From: Trypanosoma brucei
Lineage: Eukaryota
Direction: 5' to 3'
NCBI GenBank assembly: GCA_000002445.1
Contig: CP000066.1
Coordinates: 1,568,001-1,632,000, forward strand
DNA length: 64,000 bases
Shown: positions 1 to 8,074 of the stretch, one piece after another
How the letters are laid out: every line of letters starts with the position of its first letter
How positions within the stretch are numbered: position 1 is the stretch's first letter
Program-made: the position numbers and the translations under genes
Notes under the pieces: model-generated
Seen by the model: only the letters and a program-made list of their open reading frames with translations
Told to the model about the DNA's origin: nothing
Database searches by the model: none

Positions 1-423
1 GGCACGTACGTAAGATTTAGCGATACTATTAATACGAAGGGACTTACACTGTGGAATGAGCACCGTGGTCTCCCAGCGTTCCCAACCTTTATTCCTCCAG
101 AGGATGAAGATTTATCCAAGTTGGCAACAGATGAATGTCAACTAAAGAGTCCGCCACTTTATATGTACTTCCGTGATGAATTCCCGGCAACACAGTTAGT
201 ATCGCAGGCAGATGTGGAGGATGCAAAGAGCGCCAAACCGGCTACCGCTCCTCCAAAGAAAAAAGTGTACGACATGAAGAAGTACTACGAGGCGCGGAAA
301 AAGTATCGACAAAGCATGCAAAAAGCGCGGAAGTATAAGTTAATGGGGCTCCGGACGAAGGCACACGAAAAGCAAGAGGAGGCACGCCGTGCGAAAATAC
401 TGAAGTACAAACGTATGAAGTAG
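1..423 (+). CDS. 3' end of a protein-coding gene truncated by the window edge; C-terminus is a strongly basic Lys/Arg-rich tail (hypothetical protein)
   Basis: Frame 1 is open from nt 1 with no stop until TAA at 421-423. Translation ends ...KKKVYDMKKYYEARKKYRQSMQKARKYKLMGLRTKAHEKQEEARRAKILKYKRMK. The ORF-track start at 121 is TTG, not ATG. A polypyrimidine tract follows, typical of a kinetoplastid gene end. Confidence 0.45.
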   Translation, partial: GTYVRFSDTINTKGLTLWNEHRGLPAFPTFIPPEDEDLSKLATDECQLKSPPLYMYFRDEFPATQLVSQADVEDAKSAKPATAPPKKKVYDMKKYYEARKKYRQSMQKARKYKLMGLRTKAHEKQEEARRAKILKYKRMK

Positions 424-600
424 CTCCTCTTCATCACAGTTCTATCTCCGTCTTTGTGGTGTAGGTCCTTTTTAGAAGTGATACGTCACTTCTAAAAGAG
501 AGAAAAAAAAAAGAAAAATGTCATTTTTTTGTCCATTAGTGCAACCACCTAATCCTTATGCTAATTTCTTTTGAATGTGCTGCACCATTGTTACATGGTA

Positions 601-648
601 CATCCCAATCCTTTTTCCCCTTGTTGTCCTCCCCTCCTTATCGGATCT
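601..648 (+). promoter_or_regulatory. Polypyrimidine tract / probable trans-splice acceptor region upstream of the SPT16 CDS
   Basis: C/T-rich run ccttttccccttgttgtcctcccctccttatcgg about 90 nt upstream of the ATG at 735. This is the usual kinetoplastid spliced-leader addition signal. Confidence 0.4.
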
Positions 649-734
649 CACTGCCGTTCATAGAGTATTGTTGTTTTGTTGGCTTAACCAAATAAGGTGC
701 AGTAAGTGGGGGGTAAATATCAAAAAAAAAAAAA

Positions 735-3700
735 ATGTCGCGTGTTACCCTTTCCGCATCTCGCATGGAGAAAATAGTTAACGCATGGAGGAAAGTCCCT
801 GATGCAGCGGAAGGTTGTTCAGTTATGTGTTGTGTATTTGGTGCGCTTACGCCTGAGACACTTGAAAACCAACGTGGGCAGGCAATGCTGCAATACCTTT
901 TTACGTCGCTGAATACTGTGTGCAACGCTGCCTTGTTCTTTTCCTTTGATAAGCTACTGGTTGTACATTCCAACCTCAATGTTGAGCTGCCGCCCTCATC
1001 AGAGAGCTTTACCTACGCTTCTGCAACGTTGGACGAGAAGTTTGGTGAGATTCTCGCAGCATTTGTTGCTGATGCAAAAGTTGGAGTGTGTCAGAAGGAG
1101 TTGAACATACAAGAGGGTGATTTTGCACCAAAGCTAATTTCAGTCGTTCGAGAAATTGTTCCCGCTGAGCGTACGGTTGAAGTTGGACCCCTTCTGGGTG
1201 AGTTCCTTTTTGTGAAGGACGAGGCAGCACTTTCCTGTGTGGAGAAAGCGGCAGGACTTTGTAACGCTATATTCCGCCGCTCCGCCCGCGGGATGATTGA
1301 GTCGGAAATGCAAAAGAGTAATCCTAAAACGCTGAGCGCCTTGCGGGAGCAGTTAACGAAAACCCTCGAGGCACCAAACACCGTCATGGGTTTGGAAACA
1401 CTTGATGTCTCTCAGTTCTCAATTGCGTCCGGTTTGACACCATGTATTATGCACCGTGGGACTTATAACCCTCAAATTAGTGTCACAGAGGTGAGTACCC
1501 AACCGCTGCGGAGTGATGTCATCGTCGTCCGATACGGATTGAAGAATTGCGGCTACACCGCTTTCATCGCCCGTACGCTCATCGCGGAACGAAATGCCCC
1601 AAGCAACGTGAAGGACGTCTACAAGTTTGTGTACAACGTAACCGAAAAACTGTTAGAGCACCTTCGTGTGGGGACGCGTCTCAGTGCCGTGCATGAAGAA
1701 GTAATGAAGTATGCAACCACTACAGACGAAGCTCTTGCAAAGCACCTTCCCAAGTCTTTGGGTTTCTCGACTGGATTGTTGGTGCTTGAGGCACGCGGGA
1801 CAATATCTCAGAAAGGAACTGCAACAGTTGAAGACGGAATGGCTTTTGTAACTCGGGTTACTCTCGAAGGGGTGCCGGATGGTGAAGGCGGTACATTCGA
1901 CGTGGAGCTGTCCGACACAGTCACAGTAAAAGGTGGCGCTGCACAACTTAACACCAAAACATCACGTAAGCTTGAGGAAGTCCTCTACGATGACAGTGCA
2001 GAAGAGGAAACTGCATTCGAAACAAGTGCGCGGGACTTAAATAAGATAACACGGCAAGGACAGAGTAGCGTTCCACTACTCTCGCGGGAATCGGCACGAG
2101 AGGAAAAACTCAAGACGCTTTTAAGGGAACTACATGCGGAGTTGGCCGCTGCTGGTGGGAAAAAAGCCAAAACTGCCGTCTCAGAAGAGTTTCGTACGTA
2201 CGAAATTGCACGTCTTTCCTACGGCGACGTCATTCCTTACGCGAATGAAACCTCGTTCCCGGATGTGGCGCGTGGTGGTGGCATTTATGTAGACACGGAA
2301 AAGGAGGTGGCGTTCTTTCCCGTATGCGGGGGTGTGGCGGCGTTTCATGTCTCGACCATAAGTCGAGTTGACGTGAAGTTTGAAGGGAACCAAGTGGCGG
2401 GTATTTTCTCATTTCATTCGCTTCAGGAAGGAAATATCGCCTACCGTTTGAACCGCACTAAAATATTCGTCAAAGAGCTGACGTACCGTGCGCGCCGTGA
2501 CATCTTCACCGATGTGAAGATTGCCATTCAGGGTATTCAGCAACGCATCAAAAATAGAGATACGGAGCGACGCCGTGTTTCATTGAATGCTGGAGGTGCT
2601 CAGCTGCAAACAGTTCCTGATGCGATTCGGCTTCCACAGGTAAAGATTCGACCCCCAGCGACAACAGGACGTTATAACAAAGAATGCATTGGAAACTTGG
2701 AGATTCATCGGAATGGATTGCGCTTTTCATATATTGGTGGGGCACCAATTGACATGCATTTTGAAAACATCAAGCATGTTATATTCCAACCCGCTGTCAA
2801 TGCTGTTCGGGTTATTTACCACATCACCTTGAAGAAGGGTGTGGAGATTGCCCGGAAGAGTGTGGATGAGGTTCAGTTCGTTGCGGAGGTTATGGAAAGC
2901 AGCGAAACTGTTATGGCTGCGCGAAAAGGGTATGAAGAGGAAATTGCAGCGGAAGAGCGTGAACTTATGCGCATCAGTGACACAAACAAACAATTCCTGA
3001 AGTTTGCTCAGGCCGTTGAAAGGGTCAGCATGATCAAAACGCAAATACCTGCTAGCAATTTTTCCTTTGAAGGCGTTCATGCCAAGGGCTTAACAACATT
3101 CAAAGCCAATCGCGAAGTGTTATGGGCGATTATGGACCGGCCTCCGTTTACACAGCGTGTGGAGGATATCGAGGTTGTGTCGCTTGAGCGCGTTATACCT
3201 GGTGGATCCACTTTTGATGTGAACCTTATTTTCAAGGACTACAACAAACCGCCGGCGAGCATCACCACAATACCTCGTAGCAGCCTCGAGTCTCTAAAAG
3301 ACTGGTGTCTTGCAGCGCGACTTTACTACATGGAGACGAGCGTTAATCCAAACTGGAAGGTGGTACTGAAAACAATTATCGAAGACGAAGATTGGGATCC
3401 GTGGAGGCCAGGAGCCGGTTGGGCAGTACTCAATGATGATTTCGAGGGAGATGAAGAAGCCTCTGAAGACTCTGATTCAGATGATTCCACTTATGTTGAA
3501 GAAGAAGATGAAACCGATGAGACGGGGAGTTCCTTTCTTGACGATGAGGAGAGTGAACCCGAGTCCAGTGACGAAGAGGACAGTGAAAGTGTGTTGAGTT
3601 GGGACGAAATGGAGCGTCGTGCGGAGCAGCATGACCGGCAGCGCGGATACGGCTCTGATGATGATGATCGGCCTCGCAAGAGACCCCGCACGTCTTCAGG

Positions 3701-3803
3701 CGCTTCCAGCAACCGAAGGCCGCATCCGCCTCCACAACTCCCAAAAAAGCAGAGTCGGTTGCCTCCTATGGGATCAGCAGTGCCGCCACCGCGCCGGTTT
3801 TAG
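735..3803 (+). CDS. SPT16: FACT complex subunit SPT16 (histone chaperone)
   Basis: 1022 aa. Middle/C region carries the Spt16-typical block ...GSTFDVNLIFKDYNKPPASITTIPRSSLESLKDWCL. This is followed by a long acidic D/E/S-rich tail (DDEESEPESSDEEDSES...) and a basic RPRKRPR end. Length and architecture match SPT16. Confidence 0.8.
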   Translation: MSRVTLSASRMEKIVNAWRKVPDAAEGCSVMCCVFGALTPETLENQRGQAMLQYLFTSLNTVCNAALFFSFDKLLVVHSNLNVELPPSSESFTYASATLDEKFGEILAAFVADAKVGVCQKELNIQEGDFAPKLISVVREIVPAERTVEVGPLLGEFLFVKDEAALSCVEKAAGLCNAIFRRSARGMIESEMQKSNPKTLSALREQLTKTLEAPNTVMGLETLDVSQFSIASGLTPCIMHRGTYNPQISVTEVSTQPLRSDVIVVRYGLKNCGYTAFIARTLIAERNAPSNVKDVYKFVYNVTEKLLEHLRVGTRLSAVHEEVMKYATTTDEALAKHLPKSLGFSTGLLVLEARGTISQKGTATVEDGMAFVTRVTLEGVPDGEGGTFDVELSDTVTVKGGAAQLNTKTSRKLEEVLYDDSAEEETAFETSARDLNKITRQGQSSVPLLSRESAREEKLKTLLRELHAELAAAGGKKAKTAVSEEFRTYEIARLSYGDVIPYANETSFPDVARGGGIYVDTEKEVAFFPVCGGVAAFHVSTISRVDVKFEGNQVAGIFSFHSLQEGNIAYRLNRTKIFVKELTYRARRDIFTDVKIAIQGIQQRIKNRDTERRRVSLNAGGAQLQTVPDAIRLPQVKIRPPATTGRYNKECIGNLEIHRNGLRFSYIGGAPIDMHFENIKHVIFQPAVNAVRVIYHITLKKGVEIARKSVDEVQFVAEVMESSETVMAARKGYEEEIAAEERELMRISDTNKQFLKFAQAVERVSMIKTQIPASNFSFEGVHAKGLTTFKANREVLWAIMDRPPFTQRVEDIEVVSLERVIPGGSTFDVNLIFKDYNKPPASITTIPRSSLESLKDWCLAARLYYMETSVNPNWKVVLKTIIEDEDWDPWRPGAGWAVLNDDFEGDEEASEDSDSDDSTYVEEEDETDETGSSFLDDEESEPESSDEEDSESVLSWDEMERRAEQHDRQRGYGSDDDDRPRKRPRTSSGASSNRRPHPPPQLPKKQSRLPPMGSAVPPPRRF

Positions 3804-4762
3804 TTAGGGTAGAGATGAAGAGGGAAATATAGAAACAATTAAACGGGCAAGAACGAGGGGGACGAAAGCGTTTTTTTTTTGTCTTGTTAACATTACAAGA
3901 GAGAATGAAGAATGTGGTAAGTAATAGCGTTTGTGACAATCGAAACGGAAGCGGAAAGTGAAATTGAAGAGGAAATGTTCCTTTTTATCACGCCATTTCT
4001 TTCACACCTGTTGCTTGCCCTTTCGTACATCATAGAGTAAGAAACCGCTGAGGGAGCTGCCAAATGCGGTGCCTCGAAGGGGCACTTCTTTTTTTTTAAT
4101 TTTTGTCAGCTTCTCAGCTTCTTTCCGTTTTGTGGACGAACACTTCTCCTGCTGCGACACTTGTTCGGCAGCTGAAGCATCAAACGTTTTGTTTTTCTTT
4201 ATTGAGCCTTTCTCCTTTTAAACTTACTCCGGGACACTGGCACACATTTCGATTATATTTTTGCGCTTTTCTTGTGAGTACTCTCGTCCTTTTCCTTTCT
4301 TCACCTCATTCCTGTTGCGGCGGCGCATGGAGAAGCTCTTCTTTTTTCTTTTGTGGGAGCTAACAAAGTGATGGAAAGAACCTTCTCGAATTTCGAACGG
4401 AAATTGATCGGGAAAGCGTTTGGCAAAGGCAGGAAAATTGCGTTGAGGTGGTTCTATTATCACTACAATTCAATCGCCCACTTTTTTTTACCTCTTTTAA
4501 TTGGTGCGATGTGGTTATGCGCTTTCCGCTGCCACGCAAATGATGGTGTTCAACACGTCTTTGATGCAACAGAGGGGGGAAACTCCTTCTTTTTTAAACT
4601 TTTTTTTTAAAAAAAAGTTTAAACAAATTATTTTTTTTTTCGCACTTCTGGAGTGTGGTGGAGTCCGTGATGGTTTGTTTTATTTTCCTTTATTATTATT
4701 AATAATATTATTTTCTTTTTCCTTATAATATTTTACTTTCCGTAAAAGTTGTAGCGAACATA

Positions 4763-5698
4763 ATGGCTGCAACACCTTACAGGTTTCGGTTGTCTTCACA
4801 GTGCAGCCACATAAGGCGTCATGTGTGTAGACGGTTGATTACACCACAGTTATCTGTGAGGACATGTGCTACGGGAACGGAATCATCAAACGGTGCTCGT
4901 TTAATCGAGGTGATGGAATCTCCAATTGAGAATATTAAAATTCTTTCCATGAACAACGCTCCAGCGAATGTTCTATCGTCAGCCATGATAAAGGAGATGC
5001 TTAGTTCGATCAGTGAAGTATGCAACCCAGAGAAAGGATGCTGCAAGGGTATCGTGTTAACATCGTCTCTCCCTAATGTGTTTTGTAATGGACTTGATCT
5101 TCAATTATTGATCGATAAATTGCCTTACGATTCTTTTTCATCCTACTGGAAGCAACTTCAGATGCTTTACATCACTCTCAACACGCTTCCGGTTCCTGTC
5201 GTTGCAGCTATAAACGGAGATGCTACGGGTTTTGGATGTATTATGGCTCTGTCTACTGATTATAGAGTTATGGCCGAGAAAGCAGAAGAGGGGGGAGGCA
5301 AACAATTAAAAATTGGTGTTGATACGGTTCGATGTGGATTGGCAGTTCCACCTTGCTTTGGTGCGGTTGTGGCTCACACGGTTGGATATCGTGCATGTGA
5401 AATGTTTCTTCAGCGTGGTGTGATTCTTTGTGCTGCTGAGGCTGAAAATGCGGGTCTTGTAGATGAAACGGTGGAAAGGGCTGATGAGGTTCTTGTGCGT
5501 GCTTTGGATATGGCAGAAAACCTGTCCGGAGGACCCCCGTGGTCTTTTTGGTTGGTAAAAGACGCTTCACGCAAGGCGTTTATGGCCCCCCTTTGTACGC
5601 AAGCCCTTCGTGATGCCGATTGTGCAAACTTTTACGAGTTTATCAGCAACACGGAGGTGCGACGTGATATGAGAGCGTACATTGCAGGTAGTGCGTAG
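4763..5698 (+). CDS. Enoyl-CoA hydratase/isomerase (crotonase) family protein, probably a mitochondrial delta3,delta2-enoyl-CoA isomerase-like enzyme
   Basis: 311 aa. Crotonase signature VAAINGDATGFGCIMALSTDYRV and FCNGLDL. The N-terminus MAATPYRFRLSSQCSHIRRHVCRRL is Arg-rich and presequence-like. Confidence 0.8.
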   Translation: MAATPYRFRLSSQCSHIRRHVCRRLITPQLSVRTCATGTESSNGARLIEVMESPIENIKILSMNNAPANVLSSAMIKEMLSSISEVCNPEKGCCKGIVLTSSLPNVFCNGLDLQLLIDKLPYDSFSSYWKQLQMLYITLNTLPVPVVAAINGDATGFGCIMALSTDYRVMAEKAEEGGGKQLKIGVDTVRCGLAVPPCFGAVVAHTVGYRACEMFLQRGVILCAAEAENAGLVDETVERADEVLVRALDMAENLSGGPPWSFWLVKDASRKAFMAPLCTQALRDADCANFYEFISNTEVRRDMRAYIAGSA

Positions 5699-5749
5699 CG
5701 GTTGTTTTTCTTTTGTACGTGGTTAACCACAACCTACTTGTCTCACATG

Positions 5750-5752
<3 letters not shown>

Positions 5753-5782
<30 letters not shown>
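5753..5782. repeat. (AT)15 microsatellite
   Basis: A direct atat... run lying in the intergenic region downstream of the crotonase gene. Confidence 0.95.
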
Positions 5783-5785
<3 letters not shown>

Positions 5786-5985
5786 TATTTAATTATGTAT
5801 GATCTCTTATTTTCATATGTTGTGTGCCATGAAAAATACATTATTTTCCTTTTCTCACGCAAGTTTAAGCAGTTTCCCTTCTTTGCTTCGTTTCTTCGTC
5901 CCTTTCGTTTGCACCCCATGCGAACAACACAAGCCTGTAGACATCTACCGCATACGCGTTAACCATTTGTTCGACACGGCAAATA

Positions 5986-7623
5986 ATGGTGGAAATCACT
6001 GAACTCGCAAAAGACATCTCCGAGAGGTTACGAAATGGGTCTTACGAGTGCGTTATTTGCTCCAACGCGGTTTATCTACGAGATAAACTTTGGTCGTGTA
6101 CTGTCTGCTACGGTGTTGTGCACATGCCGTGCGTAAGATCTTGGGTAAAGGTTCAGGTTGAGGAGCGGGAGAAGCGTGATGCCACTGCTGGTGGTTCCTC
6201 CGCTTCTTCTATTTCCCTCAATGAGTTTCGCTGCCCTATCTGCCAAGCTCTAACACCTGTTTCGGCCGTAGCGGAGTTTAGTTGTTTCTGTGGAAAGGTG
6301 TGTAACCCAACTCCGGATCCCTTACTTGTCCCTGGTTCATGTGGCGACACATGTGGACGCCGTCGTAAGGACGAGTTGTGTCCCCACGCCTGCACGCTTA
6401 TGTGTCATCCAGGTCCTTGTACTCCATGTCAACTGACACGTACACAATCATGTTTCTGTGGAAAGACGAGCAAAACTGTGGGGTGCTCTAGTGGAATTCA
6501 TGGCTTTGAGTGTGAAGGTATTTGTGGGAAACTGCGTGAGTGTGGAAAGCATAACTGTGGTGTCCCGTGTCATGAAGGGCCTTGTCCCGTGTGCACTATT
6601 CTTTCTACAGATTCGTGTTATTGTGGTGCTACGAAGCGAACTCAGCGCTGTGGCGAAAGCGGGCCGTTTCCATGTGGAACCCCGTGCTCAAAAATTCTTG
6701 ATTGTGGCAACCACCGATGTCTTTCCAAATGTCATAAGGACGCGTGTGAGCCCTGCTTTCGGACCCCTGAGCGTATGGTATTTTGTCCTTGTGGGAAGGT
6801 GCGACTGCAGCAACTGTTGAATTCGCCCAGGAAATCGTGTTTGGATCCTATTCCCTCCTGCGGGTTGGTGTGTGAAGGTTTTTTACCATGCGGTCATACC
6901 TGCTCAGATGTGTGCCACGAAAGTCCCACATGTCCACCATGCACAAAATTAGTTTCGATGAAATGCGGTTGCGGATCGCAGAATTATCAAATCTACTGCT
7001 TTTTCACATATTTGCCACAGGGTGAATGGAAAGCCGCCGCTGAAAGGTCCGGTCTCAGTAAGGATAAAATTATTTCTCACTTTCCTCCGGTGTGCAAAAA
7101 ACCTTGTCGCAAGCATTTATCGTGTGGTAAACATACGTGCAAAGAGAACTGTTGCACCAATGAGGATCACACATGTTACAAAATCTGTACGAAACGCCTC
7201 TCTTGTGGAACGCACAGCTGCGGCCAATTATGCCATAAAGGTCTCTGTCTGCCATGTTCCGTGGCATCTTATGATCGTCTCTACTGCCGCTGCCGTCGAA
7301 CTTGGGTGGAGCCTCCGGTGCCATGTGGAACAAAACCTCCAAACTGCAGTCATGAATGCATCGTTCCCCGTCCTTGTGGGCATCCGGCCAACCACCCGTG
7401 TCATATTGAAAACGAATGTCCCGTTTGTGTTGTTCCCGTTGAGAAGAAGTGCGGCTCGCATGCCACAGTGATTCCATATTATTTACCCTGCTACAGAGAG
7501 TCGGTGTCATGTGGTAAGAAGTGTGGAAAGTTGATGAGCTGCTGTGGAAAACCGTGTGGGAAGATATGCCACATCGGGAAGTGCGAACATAAGTGTCAAA
7601 CACCATTTCCTGCACTTGAGTGA
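5986..7623 (+). CDS. NF-X1-type zinc-finger protein with N-terminal RING/PHD-like finger
   Basis: 545 aa and extremely Cys/His-rich. It has repeated C-x-H-x-C-x3-C-H-x-G-x-C units (e.g. CGKHNCGVPCHEGPCPVC, CGNHRCLSKCHKDACEPC), which are characteristic of NF-X1 fingers. The N-terminal CVICSNAV...CTVCYGVVHMPC looks like a RING-like finger. Confidence 0.75.
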   Translation: MVEITELAKDISERLRNGSYECVICSNAVYLRDKLWSCTVCYGVVHMPCVRSWVKVQVEEREKRDATAGGSSASSISLNEFRCPICQALTPVSAVAEFSCFCGKVCNPTPDPLLVPGSCGDTCGRRRKDELCPHACTLMCHPGPCTPCQLTRTQSCFCGKTSKTVGCSSGIHGFECEGICGKLRECGKHNCGVPCHEGPCPVCTILSTDSCYCGATKRTQRCGESGPFPCGTPCSKILDCGNHRCLSKCHKDACEPCFRTPERMVFCPCGKVRLQQLLNSPRKSCLDPIPSCGLVCEGFLPCGHTCSDVCHESPTCPPCTKLVSMKCGCGSQNYQIYCFFTYLPQGEWKAAAERSGLSKDKIISHFPPVCKKPCRKHLSCGKHTCKENCCTNEDHTCYKICTKRLSCGTHSCGQLCHKGLCLPCSVASYDRLYCRCRRTWVEPPVPCGTKPPNCSHECIVPRPCGHPANHPCHIENECPVCVVPVEKKCGSHATVIPYYLPCYRESVSCGKKCGKLMSCCGKPCGKICHIGKCEHKCQTPFPALE

Positions 7624-8074
7624 ATATTAACTGACCGTGAAAACTGGAAAAACACGGCAGTGGTGCGGTTGACTGTCGGTGATGGAAGCTGCAGAAGAGA
7701 AATAATGTCTGTTTTTTTCGTTGTCATCTCACTGAAACATGAATGGGGGGAGAGAGCGGTCCCAACATTTATTTGGGTTTGGTAATGGCATGTCTCTTTT
7801 TTGTCGTAACTCAACGCTAACACGTTTCAGTTGGGGCCAAAATTTTTTGAACCGTGCCAAGGTACACTGGTGACCAGCTTCTCACATCTTCACATGTGGT
7901 CGCATTATTGCTGCCCATCTTTTGTAATCTCCTTACTTATCCACCCTAATACCCTTTGTCTCCTAAATCCACTTGTCACTACACACATTAAGGCTTGAGG
8001 TTAACAAAAAAAAAAGAAAATAAAGCATACCCCATCAGTCATTTACAAATATTTCAAGAGAAAAAAGAGCTTTG

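Noticed and set aside
121-423. Track ORF start at 121, and similarly 8072, 15344, 53064, 58206 and 59676
   Set aside because: These starts are TTG or GTG codons displayed as M. Eukaryotic nuclear genes need ATG, so I moved boundaries to the first sensible ATG, or extended to the window edge for the first gene.
7022-7615. Overlapping 149-aa (+) and 181-aa (−) ORFs inside the NF-X1 gene
   Set aside because: These are alternative and antisense frames of a long Cys-codon-rich CDS. The annotated frame carries the repeated NF-X1 finger pattern.
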